Below, piece after piece: positions 50,541 to 59,973 of a stretch of 64,000 nt of DNA. Location: NCBI GenBank assembly GCA_031373255.1, contig JANMMJ010000216.1, positions 183 to 64,182 on the forward strand, read 5' to 3'. The position numbers and the translations under genes were made by a program. Below the pieces are notes generated by a model. It was not told the origin of the DNA and did not search any database. It saw nothing but the letters and a program-made list of their open reading frames with translations. Position 1 is the first letter of the stretch. Every line of letters begins with the position of its first letter. Source of the stretch: Hyphomicrobiales bacterium (lineage in GTDB: Bacteria > Pseudomonadota > Alphaproteobacteria > Rhizobiales > Aestuariivirgaceae).

Positions 50541-50882
50541 TCAGGAGCGGTTGTAAACGTCGTCGTAGCGGATGATGTCGTCCTCGCCCAGGTAGTCGCC
50601 GAACTGGACTTCGATGATTTCGACAAGTTCACTACCGAGGTTTTCAAGACGATGCTTTTCGCCCAGAGGAATGTCGACAGCCTCGGAGCGTGACAGTTTC
50701 ATGACCTTGTCGCCCACGGTTACGGTTGCGAGGCCGTTAACAACGGTCCAGTGCTCGCCGCGGTGCTTGTGGCTTTGCAGTGAAAGACGCCCGCCTGGAA
50801 TGACGCTGATGCGCTTGACCTTGAAGCCCTGCTGCTCATCAAGCACGTGAAAGGCGCCCCAGGGGCGGTTTTCGCTGTACAT
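50541..50882 (-). CDS. cupin-domain protein (mannose-6-phosphate isomerase type II C-terminal-like)
   Basis: 113 aa with the cupin motifs HKHRGEHW and GEKHRLEN. Confidence 0.7.
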   Translation of the reverse strand: MYSENRPWGAFHVLDEQQGFKVKRISVIPGGRLSLQSHKHRGEHWTVVNGLATVTVGDKVMKLSRSEAVDIPLGEKHRLENLGSELVEIIEVQFGDYLGEDDIIRYDDVYNRS

Positions 50883-50960
50883 ATCGTGATTTCCCCATCC
50901 TGATCAGGGAGCGGGTCTTACCCTAAAAATCCTAAGATTTTCTCAGTAAAGAAGGCCTGA

Positions 50961-51341
50961 TTACGTCCTGCCTTTGCGCTTGCCGTTGTCGCGCTCGTTC
51001 AACGTCGCCAGTAATGCCTCGATGCCGTCGTGGTCGAGATGAACGATGGCATCGGCCAGGCGATTGGCGAGTTCAGTGGCGCGGGGGTTGAGGCCGGATG
51101 TGTCAATGGTGATCCTGGGATGCGAGATGCGAGCAAGGCGCACCACCTCCTCAGCCTCGTCCCAGATAATGTTGAAAAAGGCGATGGTGCGCTGGATGAG
51201 ATGCCAGCCGGGCCGGCCACGCTTGCCATGTTCCAGAGCCGACAAGTAGGCAGGCGACACCCCGATGGCCGCCGCCATCTGCTTCAGTGTCACTCCGCGC
51301 TCGGCCCTCAGGCGGCGCATGCGCTCGCCAAACGGTGTCAT
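50961..51341 (-). CDS. XRE-family helix-turn-helix transcriptional regulator
   Basis: HTH TLKQMAAAIGVSPAYLSALEHGKRG. Start placed at MTPFGERM; ATGA overlap with the upstream Smr gene stop. Confidence 0.7.
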   Translation of the reverse strand: MTPFGERMRRLRAERGVTLKQMAAAIGVSPAYLSALEHGKRGRPGWHLIQRTIAFFNIIWDEAEEVVRLARISHPRITIDTSGLNPRATELANRLADAIVHLDHDGIEALLATLNERDNGKRKGRT

Positions 51342-51919
51342 GGCTCGAAAGCCCGGTTGCGGCGCAATCTCACATAGATGGCGCCACCGCCACCGTGTTT
51401 GGGGTGTGCCGGCTGGAAGCCCACGACACGATGGCGGAACTCCGGCTCGGCCAACCATTCGGGAACGCGCTGGCGGAGCTTTCCCTCGCGCTCTGGTGCA
51501 TGATAGTGGGTGCGCCCGTGCAGGGTGTGGCCAGAAAACGGCGAAGCGCCTTTTCCGGTGATGACCAGCACCAATCTGGCGCCCGATGCGTGGCAGCGAT
51601 TGATGAACTCCATCAGCCGCACGCGGGCGATTTCCACGCCGCTGCCGTGCAGGTCGATGCGGGCGTCAATATCGGCCTGGCCACGCTGAAGTTTTTGCCC
51701 GGTGCGGCGATCAAAGGTGCTGAGCGGCGGTGGCGAGGCACGGGCCGGACGCTTGGCTGGCACGGCGGGAGGCGTTGCTGTCCGCTGTGGCTTGGCGGCG
51801 GAGACACCATGCAGGGGTGGCAAGGTTTTCTTCAAGGCATGGCGGCCCAGTGGCTTCACGCCATGAATGACTTCGGTCCACAGGTCGAAATCGGGAAGCT
51901 GCGGAAACTTGTGGGTCAT
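51338..51919 (-). CDS. Smr (small MutS-related) domain protein
   Basis: The C-terminal Smr domain motif LDLHG is present in IDLHGSG, followed by LVITGKG. Proline/alanine-rich linker. Confidence 0.7.
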   Translation of the reverse strand: MTHKFPQLPDFDLWTEVIHGVKPLGRHALKKTLPPLHGVSAAKPQRTATPPAVPAKRPARASPPPLSTFDRRTGQKLQRGQADIDARIDLHGSGVEIARVRLMEFINRCHASGARLVLVITGKGASPFSGHTLHGRTHYHAPEREGKLRQRVPEWLAEPEFRHRVVGFQPAHPKHGGGGAIYVRLRRNRAFEP

Positions 51920-53151
51920 TGCGGTTTGACGATCCGCGCCGCGAGCTGCTTCGGCAGCAGCACGACCATGCGGCCCGGGCTTTTCATATGTCCGGCGGTG
52001 AGCGCTGCTGCGTCACCCCAGCCCCAATAGACATCGCCTCGCGCATATCCGGTGATCGCCGTGCCGGTATCCTGGGCGATGAGCAGACGATGGAAGGTTT
52101 CGAGGCTCGCGTCCCGGCCCGAAGGGACCTGGGCCTCCAGCCATACCGGCATGCCAAACATCCAGAGACTGCGATCAATGGCAATGCTGCGCTCAGGCGT
52201 TAGCTGGACTTTCTGCGCGCCGGGTGCGCCCAGCGTTTCGTCCTCGACTTGAACCTTGCGAAAGAAAACAAACGAACGGTTCTGCCACATGAGTTCGCGG
52301 GCGGCTTCGGGATTAGCCTTCATCCAGTGGCGCAATGACTGCATCGACATGTCATCTTCGGTGAGCACACCCCGCTCCACCAGCGTCCGGCCTATGCCGG
52401 TATAGGGCTGACCCGATTTGGCAGCATAGGCGAGCCGCATGCTTGCGCCATCGGGGAGGCGGATACGTCCCGAACCCTGGACCTGGATGAAAAACGCATC
52501 GGCCCAGTCCCTGACCCAGGCGATCTCAAGGCCTCTCCCGGCAAGAGCTCCCTCTTCGATCTCCTTGCGGGTGAAATAGGACATTGGCTTGCCGCCCACG
52601 CGCCTGCCGTATTTGAGGCCTGTCGCTTGTTCTTCAACCGGATCGAAGCTAATGAGATCGGCGGGCCTTGCATAGATCGGAACAGAAAATTCCGCCGTTC
52701 TGCGCAGGCTGCCCTGTGCTTCAGGTTCATAATAGCCGGTGAACAGACCCTGGGGCCGATCCGGATCGTTGACGGCGAAGGCCGCGAATTCGCGTTCGAA
52801 AAACCTCCGGGCATCTTTAGCGCGCGCTGCGCTTTCGCAAACACCCAGCCAATCGGAGCGGCTGCCGCCAAAGGCAACGCCGCGGTCAAACGCCATGCCC
52901 TCCGCGATGATTTCCCGGCATGACCGCCGGAAAGCCGCAAGAGCCGCCGCGTGGTCATCCTCCTGCCAGCCCTTGAGGCTGGCGAAGGGGACCGGCTGCA
53001 GCACGTCGGCCGCGGCAGTCATGATGCCAAGCATGACAAGAAGAGCGCCAAGACCCAGAGACCGGATGATCGAGCTACATCTGGTCTTCAGTGGCGACCA
53101 ACTTCCAGTTTGGGTCACGGGACGTGGCGTCACGCTCGAAAGTCCATACAT
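51916..53151 (-). CDS. mltA: murein transglycosylase A (MltA)
   Basis: MltA-specific and 3D-domain motifs. The true start is probably the internal Met (MLGIMTAAADV, ~53034), because the track ORF overlaps the Tim44-like gene. Confidence 0.8.
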   Translation of the reverse strand: MYGLSSVTPRPVTQTGSWSPLKTRCSSIIRSLGLGALLVMLGIMTAAADVLQPVPFASLKGWQEDDHAAALAAFRRSCREIIAEGMAFDRGVAFGGSRSDWLGVCESAARAKDARRFFEREFAAFAVNDPDRPQGLFTGYYEPEAQGSLRRTAEFSVPIYARPADLISFDPVEEQATGLKYGRRVGGKPMSYFTRKEIEEGALAGRGLEIAWVRDWADAFFIQVQGSGRIRLPDGASMRLAYAAKSGQPYTGIGRTLVERGVLTEDDMSMQSLRHWMKANPEAARELMWQNRSFVFFRKVQVEDETLGAPGAQKVQLTPERSIAIDRSLWMFGMPVWLEAQVPSGRDASLETFHRLLIAQDTGTAITGYARGDVYWGWGDAAALTAGHMKSPGRMVVLLPKQLAARIVKPQ

Positions 53152-53782
53152 CGGTAATCTTGCGGATTTCCTTCAGATCGCCCTCGATGACCTCGCCGGC
53201 GCGGTTGAGGGTTGCTGAAATCAGCTCGCTAATGAACTTGACCGTAATCTGAATGCGTTTGCCGACTAGTTCAGCCGAGAGAATTTCGGCCTTCTGGATA
53301 CCGACAAAACGCGAGTCCATTTTTTCTTCGGCCTTGTCACGCGCATCGATGGCGCCGGCGAATCCTTCGAAGACCTCCTTGGAGACAAGGTTCTTCAAGC
53401 CCGACCTATCGCCCTGGGCAAATGCGGTGACAATCATTTCATAGGCAAGTTTGGCGCCTTCAAGGAAGGCGTGCGGGGCAAATCTGCTATCGGCCTCGAC
53501 AATCTTTTCAAGATTCTGGGCAAGCGAAGAACCCGCTGCGGCGTAGCCCGTCCAAACCGGTGCGGGCGGTTCTGCCGTGGTTGTGGCATTGGGAAGTGCC
53601 TCGGCGCCAACGGGTGGCGGATTTTCGCCGGGAAACCGGCTTTCAGCCCGCTTCGGCAAGGTAAAGTCGACAGGCGGGCGTTCATTGCCGGTGCGGCGGC
53701 CAAGAACCGAGCGCAGCTTGAAAAATATCACAACCGCAATCGCCAAAATAAAAAGGTTGAGTGGGTCAAAAACCTGATTCAT
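53075..53782 (-). CDS. Tim44-like domain protein (membrane-anchored)
   Basis: Start placed at MNQVFDPLNLFILAIAVVIFF (TM helix). The C-terminal Tim44/NTF2-like region is typical of alphaproteobacterial genes between fxsA and mltA. Confidence 0.65.
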   Translation of the reverse strand: MNQVFDPLNLFILAIAVVIFFKLRSVLGRRTGNERPPVDFTLPKRAESRFPGENPPPVGAEALPNATTTAEPPAPVWTGYAAAGSSLAQNLEKIVEADSRFAPHAFLEGAKLAYEMIVTAFAQGDRSGLKNLVSKEVFEGFAGAIDARDKAEEKMDSRFVGIQKAEILSAELVGKRIQITVKFISELISATLNRAGEVIEGDLKEIRKITDVWTFERDATSRDPNWKLVATEDQM

Positions 53783-53918
53783 CTGCTGATCCTGTATAGG
53801 CACTGTCGCGCGGAAATTCCGGCAATTTGATGCCTGCACGCTCGTTCCTATATAGTGGTGCAGCCTAAGAACTGAAAGATCAAGAATATTTGGCAGGTAG
53901 CTGCCCGGGAGACAGGAC

Positions 53919-54389
53919 GTGTTCCAGCGCATTTTCGGCATCATTACCCTGGGCGGCGTCGCGGAACTTTTCCTGCTGATTGCCGCCGGAGCGCGGTTTG
54001 GGGCATTGCCGGTGTTTGCCGAAATCGTGCTTTCGGCAGTTATCGGCGGCACCGTCATCCGGCATTTCGGGATTCGCTCGTTGAGCCGCATGCAGGCGGA
54101 AATGCAGGGTAACGTGTTGAACCGGTCTTCACTTTCCGGCGGCCTGTTCGGTTCGATTGCCGGCCTGCTGCTGATCCTTCCCGGGTTCATCGGCGATGCA
54201 GTGGGGCTGCTCCTCCTTATCCCTGCGGTTCAGATTTTCTTGCTGTCGCGTTTCACCGGGTTTTCAACGCCTCAGGCCGGGCCACAGCAGCCGCGTCCTT
54301 ATGGCCGCGTGGTGGTCATCGAAGGCGAGGCCACCGAGATCGCGAGCGATACGACAGCCACGCCGGTTTCCCCGGAGAAGCTCCCGTAG
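53919..54389 (+). CDS. fxsA: FxsA family cytoplasmic membrane protein
   Basis: 156 aa with two N-terminal TM helices and FxsA-like motifs. Confidence 0.7.
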   Translation: MFQRIFGIITLGGVAELFLLIAAGARFGALPVFAEIVLSAVIGGTVIRHFGIRSLSRMQAEMQGNVLNRSSLSGGLFGSIAGLLLILPGFIGDAVGLLLLIPAVQIFLLSRFTGFSTPQAGPQQPRPYGRVVVIEGEATEIASDTTATPVSPEKLP

Positions 54390-54478
54390 TGCCTGTTGCG
54401 GCCCGATGGCGCATCATGTAAGGCAACGCTCGATCTTTCCGATCGCTCGGTTCATCGCACTCAAGAGGCAAGACGTTC

Positions 54479-55036
54479 ATGGCCAAAGCAAGCAAGCCTG
54501 CCGCCAAGAAGGCAGTATCGAAACCGGCAAATGGTGGCGCCAAGCCAAGGCCGGTGGAAGCGGCGATGCCGACGCTTGAGGTGCCACAGCCGGCGCCCGG
54601 CGCCATGCCTGCCATGCGGATTCTCGGGCAGTACCTCAAGGATCTGAGCTTCGAGAACCCGAATGCACCGGCCTCGCTGGCGCCGCAGAAAACGCAGCCC
54701 GACATCAATGTTGCGGTCAACGTCAATGCCAAGAATCTGGCGCCGATGGATTTCGAGGTCGAGCTTCTGCTCGACGCCAAGGCCACGGTCGAGGGCAAGG
54801 TGATCTTCGCCGCCGAAATCAAGTATGCCGGGGTTTTCCGGCTGGAGAATTTTCCCGAAGCCATGCTGCACCCGGCGGTTCTCATCGAATGCCCGCGCAT
54901 GCTGTTCCCATTTGCGCGGCAAATTCTGGCCGATGCTTCGCGCAATGGCGGTTTTCCGCCGCTGATGCTCGACCCGATTGATTTTGCTTCGATGTATCAG
55001 AAGCGGATGGCGGCACAGAGCTCGGCCACGGCCTAA
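54479..55036 (+). CDS. secB: protein-export chaperone SecB
   Basis: Core ILGQYLKDLSFENP...FRLENF... matches SecB. The N-terminal Ala/Lys/Pro-rich extension makes the start uncertain. Confidence 0.8.
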   Translation: MAKASKPAAKKAVSKPANGGAKPRPVEAAMPTLEVPQPAPGAMPAMRILGQYLKDLSFENPNAPASLAPQKTQPDINVAVNVNAKNLAPMDFEVELLLDAKATVEGKVIFAAEIKYAGVFRLENFPEAMLHPAVLIECPRMLFPFARQILADASRNGGFPPLMLDPIDFASMYQKRMAAQSSATA

Positions 55037-55037
55037 G

Positions 55038-55727
55038 TTATTTCGGAACTTTCAGCCATAGCGCTGCACTTCCCAGCTCGCCGACCAATAGCGCGTGCGC
55101 CTGGAGTTCGGCCTCGGTGAGGCGGGGCGGCAGGGGGCGCGGCCGTTGCCGCATGGTGCCGACGGCGATGATGGTCCTTTGCGCAGGCTGTCTTGCGGAA
55201 AGGCCAAGGGCCGCCTGACGGCCGCCGATCAATTCGAGATAGACTTCCGCCAGGAGGCTTGAGTCCAGCAGTGCTCCGTGCTTTTCGCGCTTCGAGTTGT
55301 CGATGCCATAGCGCTTGCACAGGGCGTCGAGACTGTTTGGCCCCATGGGATGCTTCTGCCGCGCCATCATCAGCGTGTCGACAACGCGCTCGGGCGGCAG
55401 CGGCGGCTGGTGCAGGAACGCCAACTCGGCATTGATGAATTTCATGTCGAAGGTGGCGTTGTGGATAACCAGTGGGGCCCCGGCGATGAATTCCATGAAC
55501 TCCGCCACAATCTTTGCAAAGACCGGCTTGTCCTTCAGAAAGGCGGATGACAGGCCATGCACCGCTTCGGCCTCGGGCGGCATGTCACGCTCCGGATTGA
55601 TATAGGCATGATAGGTTTTGCCGCTGGGAATGTGATTGATCAGTTCGACCGCGCCAATTTCCACAATGCGATGTCCGTCAGCCGGATCGAGGCCGGTGGT
55701 TTCGGTGTCGAGCACAATTTCACGCAT
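55038..55727 (-). CDS. dnaQ: DNA polymerase III subunit epsilon (3'-5' proofreading exonuclease)
   Basis: Exo motifs DTETTGL, HNATFD and the YH region. Start placed at MREIVLDTETTG. Confidence 0.9.
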   Translation of the reverse strand: MREIVLDTETTGLDPADGHRIVEIGAVELINHIPSGKTYHAYINPERDMPPEAEAVHGLSSAFLKDKPVFAKIVAEFMEFIAGAPLVIHNATFDMKFINAELAFLHQPPLPPERVVDTLMMARQKHPMGPNSLDALCKRYGIDNSKREKHGALLDSSLLAEVYLELIGGRQAALGLSARQPAQRTIIAVGTMRQRPRPLPPRLTEAELQAHALLVGELGSAALWLKVPK

Positions 55728-56328
55728 GGTTTGCAGCGGCCTTTCTGCGGAGATTTTCAACGAGGGCGCGTACTTGCCCATGCGCATAATCGATCCCCTG
55801 CGAGGTATCGATGATCACATCGGCGCGCCTTCGTTTTTCAGTATCCGGCATCTGGCGGGCAAGGATCATCTCAAGTTTTTCCACGGTCATGCCAGGACGG
55901 GCCAGGGTGCGCTGGCGCTGTATTTCCGCCGGTGCCGACACCACCACAATCACGTCGACCTCATCCTGCCTGCCAGTCTCGAAAAGAAGCGGAATATCGA
56001 GAACGGCAAGAGGCTCTCCGGCATCGCGGCATTGCTTGAGGAAGTCGCCCTGCGCCTTGCGCACAAGCGGATGAACGATGGCTTCGAGTGTCGCGAACGC
56101 CTTTGGATTTTGCGCCAACATCTCGCTCAGACACTGCCGGTCGACTGCGCCGTCTATAATGGCTGCAGGGAATGCGGCGCGGACGTCCTCGACCGCTGCG
56201 CCACCCCTCGCATAGAGACGGTCCACGCATTGATCGGCGTCAAAGACCGGAACAGCTTCTTCGCGGAACATCCTTGCTGTTTCGGATTTTCCCATGGCAA
56301 TCGAGCCGGTCAGGCCGACGGTAATCAC
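55720..56328 (-). CDS. coaE: dephospho-CoA kinase
   Basis: P-loop GLTGSIAMGKS, 202 aa. Confidence 0.9.
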   Translation of the reverse strand: MITVGLTGSIAMGKSETARMFREEAVPVFDADQCVDRLYARGGAAVEDVRAAFPAAIIDGAVDRQCLSEMLAQNPKAFATLEAIVHPLVRKAQGDFLKQCRDAGEPLAVLDIPLLFETGRQDEVDVIVVVSAPAEIQRQRTLARPGMTVEKLEMILARQMPDTEKRRRADVIIDTSQGIDYAHGQVRALVENLRRKAAANHA

Positions 56329-57164
56329 GATCTGCCCTCGATGTCAGCGGCGATAAGATCATGAAGTTCGCGCGTGACCTCGGGTCTCCTGCCAAACCAC
56401 AGCTCAAATCCAGGAACAGCCTGATAGAGCAGCATGCCCAAGCCAGGCACGGCGCGATTGCCCTGCGCGCGAGCCGCAACAATCAATGGCGTTTCCAGCG
56501 GAGTATAGACGATGTCGGTTACCAGCGCATCGCGTGACAACCGGCTGAGATCGATCGCAAGCGGCGGCTGGCCTTTCATGCCGAGCGATGTCGCATTCAC
56601 CAGAACATCGGTGTTTGCGATGATGTCCTCGCGTTTCGACCAATCGACAATTTCAACCGTATTGCCGAAATCGCGACGGAGAATTTCGGCGCGTTCCGGG
56701 GTGCGGTTGAGGATGGCCAATTTGCCGGCGTCACACGCTTTCAGCGTGCCGGCAATGGCGCGGGCAGCACCTCCTGCACCGAGAATGGTAAAGTGCTTGC
56801 CGGCGGGTGAAAATCCCGGGCAGCCATGAGTCAGGTTTTGCACAAACCCTTCGCCATCGGTGCTGATGCCGCAGACTTCGCCCTTGCGCAGGAATACTGT
56901 GTTCACGACGCCAAGACGCCTGGTGAGATCATCGGTGACCTTCACGGCGGCAAAGGTCTGTTCCTTGTGGGGCATGGTGACATTGCAGCCGACATAACCT
57001 TGTTCCGGCAGGTGAAGCAGAAAGCCGCGGAGTTCATCGGGCGTTACTTCTTTTTTGCCATAGTTTCCGGCGATCCCGTAACGCTTCAGCCAGTAACCGT
57101 GAATTAGAGGCGAGCGTGAATGCCTGATCGGCCAGCCGATAACGCATGCCGCGGGTCCTGTCAT
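56325..57164 (-). CDS. aroE: shikimate dehydrogenase
   Basis: 279 aa with a Rossmann GAGGAARA motif and the shikimate-DH N-terminal domain. Confidence 0.85.
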   Translation of the reverse strand: MTGPAACVIGWPIRHSRSPLIHGYWLKRYGIAGNYGKKEVTPDELRGFLLHLPEQGYVGCNVTMPHKEQTFAAVKVTDDLTRRLGVVNTVFLRKGEVCGISTDGEGFVQNLTHGCPGFSPAGKHFTILGAGGAARAIAGTLKACDAGKLAILNRTPERAEILRRDFGNTVEIVDWSKREDIIANTDVLVNATSLGMKGQPPLAIDLSRLSRDALVTDIVYTPLETPLIVAARAQGNRAVPGLGMLLYQAVPGFELWFGRRPEVTRELHDLIAADIEGRS

Positions 57165-57748
57165 GACTGAAGCTTGCCTGCCTGCCGTAGAAATTCGAGA
57201 AGAGGCAGAAGCGGCAGGCCCAGGATGGTGAAGTAGTCGCCGCGAACCGCATCGAAAAGCTGCGCGCCGAGGCCTTCCAACTGGTAGGCGCCGATGGAAC
57301 GGATGGCCTCTGATCCAACCTGTTGCAGGTAGGCATCAAGGTAGGCATCGGAGAAATTGCGCATGTCGAGTTCTGCCGTCGCAACGTGGGACCAGGCAAT
57401 CGCAGCGTTTCTGGCGCAGGCGACTGCCGATACCAGCCGGTGCGTTTTGCCGCGCAATCCACGCAATTGATCACGGGCCGCAGCGATTGTTGGCGGCTTG
57501 TCGAGATGGCCGCCAAGCATTGCCAGAACCTGGTCGGCGCCAATGACGATCTCGTCAGCATCCGCAGGAGCTATCGAAAGCGCCTTGGCGCTGGCAAGCT
57601 CGAGCGCCAGTTTCTCTGGTGGCAGTGTTGCCATGCGCTTCTTGAGAACGGATTCATCAACCTGGGGTTTGGTGACTTTAATCGCAAGACCGGCGTGTTC
57701 AAGAAGCTGGCGGCGGATGCGGCTGGTTGAGGCAAGCACGAGCGTCAT
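57161..57748 (-). CDS. maf: Maf-like nucleoside triphosphate pyrophosphatase
   Basis: LVLASTSRIRRQLL N-terminus, 195 aa. Confidence 0.85.
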   Translation of the reverse strand: MTLVLASTSRIRRQLLEHAGLAIKVTKPQVDESVLKKRMATLPPEKLALELASAKALSIAPADADEIVIGADQVLAMLGGHLDKPPTIAAARDQLRGLRGKTHRLVSAVACARNAAIAWSHVATAELDMRNFSDAYLDAYLQQVGSEAIRSIGAYQLEGLGAQLFDAVRGDYFTILGLPLLPLLEFLRQAGKLQS

Positions 57749-58578
57749 ATATTGGCTCCAGAAACCTTCTGGTTGCGCTCGTTCAGCAGGTTGATGATGG
57801 CTGCGGCGGTTTCCTCGATCGAGCGCCGGGTCACATCGATGGTTGGCCAGTTGTGACGCTGACAGAGCTTTCGCATGGTCATCAGTTCGGCGGTGATTGC
57901 CTGTTGATCGACGTAAACCGTTTCGCGGCCCTCATTCAGCATCAACAGGCGATGCTTGCGGATCTGGGCAATGCGTTCGGGGGTTGCCACCAGGCCAACG
58001 ATCAGCGGATTGCCCGCTTCACTCAATTCGGGCGGTGTCTCGACGCCGGGCACGATCGGCATGTTGGCCGTCTTGATGCCGCGATTGGCTAGGTAGATGC
58101 TGGTCGGTGTTTTCGAGGTGCGGCTGATGCCGACAAGGATCACATCGGCCTTGTCGAGACCCTCGGGATGCTGGCCGTCGTCGTGGGCCATGGTGAAATT
58201 CAGTGCGTCGATGCGGCGGAAATATTCCGAGTTGAGGGCGTGCTGCCCCCCGACTTGGGGTTGGGATTCGGCATTCAGATAAGTGGCCAGGCTGGCAATC
58301 ACCGGATCAAGAATGGAAATGCAGGGGACGGAAAGTTCGCGGCATTTCTCTTCGAGCAATTTGCGCAAAGCAGTGTCTACAATGGTAAACAGGACCACAC
58401 CGGGCTGGCGTTCGATTTCGGCGGTCACCCGCTGCAATTGCTTGGGGGTGCGCACCAGCGCATAGATGTGTTCGATGGGCTGGTATTGGGCATAATGTGC
58501 TGTTGCTGCCCTGGCGACGGTGTTGAGCGTTTCACCGGTTGCGTCCGAGATCAGATGCATGTGAAAATAGCGGGACAC
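57745..58578 (-). CDS. DUF299 kinase/pyrophosphorylase (PEP synthetase / pyruvate phosphate dikinase regulatory protein-like, RP001 homolog)
   Basis: P-loop-like GISRTSKTPTS and the HLISDATGETL motif. The track start is GTG at 58578; an ATG at 58560 gives MHLISDATG. Confidence 0.8.
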   Translation of the reverse strand: MSRYFHMHLISDATGETLNTVARAATAHYAQYQPIEHIYALVRTPKQLQRVTAEIERQPGVVLFTIVDTALRKLLEEKCRELSVPCISILDPVIASLATYLNAESQPQVGGQHALNSEYFRRIDALNFTMAHDDGQHPEGLDKADVILVGISRTSKTPTSIYLANRGIKTANMPIVPGVETPPELSEAGNPLIVGLVATPERIAQIRKHRLLMLNEGRETVYVDQQAITAELMTMRKLCQRHNWPTIDVTRRSIEETAAAIINLLNERNQKVSGANI

Positions 58579-58706
58579 GGGTTTTCCGGTGAAGCCTGAA
58601 TGAAATGTGGAAAAGTGCTGGTTCTATGATGGCGTGCAAAAGTTCTTAACCCTTTTGCAGTCCGATTATCTACAGATTTTCGCCAGCACTATCCAGGCTG
58701 TGAAGT

Positions 58707-58715
58707 GTGTGGATA
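58707..58715 (-). promoter_or_regulatory. DnaA box, perfect match (TTATCCACA on minus strand)
   Basis: TGTGGATAA read on the plus strand. Confidence 0.6.
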
Positions 58716-58861
58716 ATTTCAGGGGAGTGGAGAACATCGGGCAAGCTGTGGATTATTTGCGCTGAGCTTTCGTATCCCGCTGCTTGCATTGGTTTTTTGG
58801 AGAAGGGATAATTGTCACGCTTATTCCAAGACTGTGGGATGTCAGGAAAATTGTTTACTAG

Positions 58862-58877
58862 TTAATGAAATCTTAAC
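58862..58877 (+). promoter_or_regulatory. CtrA-type full binding site TTAATGAAATCTTAAC (TTAA-N7-TTAAC)
   Basis: Exact match to the CtrA consensus spacing, ~70 nt upstream of hemE. Confidence 0.5.
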
Positions 58878-58944
58878 AATCCTTGTTTTCCAGCCTCCAT
58901 AATAAGAGTCAGAGTCTATATATCCCTTCTTTGATTGGTATCCC

Positions 58945-59973
58945 ATGAAATCCCTTCTGGCGGTTCTTAACGGTGAAAAGCCTTCGCGGCGGCCGGTGTG
59001 GTTCATGAGGCAGGCTGGCCGTTATCTCCCCGAATATCGCGCGGTCAGGGACAGGAAGGGGGGATTTCTCGATCTTTGCTATGACCCGCAAGCCGCGGCC
59101 GAGGTGACGCTACAACCGTTGCGGCGTTTCGATCTCGATGCGGCAATTGTGTTTGCCGATATTCTCGTTGTGCCGCACGCCATGGGGGTGGAACTGGCCT
59201 TTGCAGTTGGAGAAGGCCCGGTGCTGGGCGTGGTCCGGGATCTTTCCCGGGTGAGAGCCCTGAAATCCATCGCGGTAACGCAGCAGGTTGAGCAGGTTTG
59301 CGATACGCTTCGCCTGGTGAAGGCCGACCTTGACCACGATGTGGCGCTTATCGGCTTCTGTGGTGCGCCCTGGACCGTGGCAAGCTACATGATCGAAGGG
59401 GGATCCTCGGATGAACGGCTTCTGTCGCGGAAGGCCGCGGCGGAACAGCCGGACTGGTTTTCCGCGCTCATCGCCCGGCTGATCGACGAATCGGTTGATT
59501 ATCTCGTGGCTCAGGCAAAAGCTGGAGCCGAGGTTGTGCAGATTTTCGATTCATGGGCGGGGGACTTGCCATGGGACCTGCAGGAAACGTGGGTGCAGAA
59601 GCCGTTGCAGCAGCTGGCGGAGCGTTTCCGGGCACGGTGTCCGGGTGTTCCGGTTATCGTTTTTGCGAGGGGCGCTGGGGCTGGACACCTGGCAATCGCG
59701 CGGAAGGTCAGGCCAAATGCTGTCAGTGTCGAAGCCGGGTTGCCGCTGGACTGGGCGCGGGAAAACCTGCTCGAACATGTTGTGGTTCAGGGTAATCTTG
59801 ATCCGGTTGTGCTTGCCTCAGGGGGAGTGCAGATGAAAGCAAGTGTTACACGGATTCTCCGGGACTTGCCGATGGAACGGCATATTTTCAACCTTGGCCA
59901 TGGCATCAGGCAGGAGACGCCGCCAGACCACTTGGCGGAGGTGGTGCGGTTGATCAGGGCAAATGATGGCTGA
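58945..59973 (+). CDS. hemE: uroporphyrinogen decarboxylase
   Basis: N-terminus PVWFMRQAGRYLPEY and 342 aa. Confidence 0.95.
   Translation: MKSLLAVLNGEKPSRRPVWFMRQAGRYLPEYRAVRDRKGGFLDLCYDPQAAAEVTLQPLRRFDLDAAIVFADILVVPHAMGVELAFAVGEGPVLGVVRDLSRVRALKSIAVTQQVEQVCDTLRLVKADLDHDVALIGFCGAPWTVASYMIEGGSSDERLLSRKAAAEQPDWFSALIARLIDESVDYLVAQAKAGAEVVQIFDSWAGDLPWDLQETWVQKPLQQLAERFRARCPGVPVIVFARGAGAGHLAIARKVRPNAVSVEAGLPLDWARENLLEHVVVQGNLDPVVLASGGVQMKASVTRILRDLPMERHIFNLGHGIRQETPPDHLAEVVRLIRANDG

Larger units (their letters stand above)
58579..58944. other. probable chromosomal replication origin (oriC/Cori-type) in the DUF299-hemE intergenic region
   Basis: Perfect DnaA box TGTGGATAA (58707-58715). 1-mismatch boxes TTATCTACA (58666-58674) and TGTGGATTA (58747-58755). 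CtrA site TTAA-N7-TTAAC (58862-58877). Tandem GANTC sites (58906-58916) inside an AT-rich tract. The location matches the conserved hemE-RP001 position of alphaproteobacterial origins. Confidence 0.7.

Noticed and set aside
58801-58845. Additional DnaA boxes in oriC (GGGATAA at 58805-58811, TGTGGGATG at 58834-58842)
   Set aside because: Each has three or more mismatches to TTATCCACA. They are mentioned only as possible weak sites and are not annotated as features.
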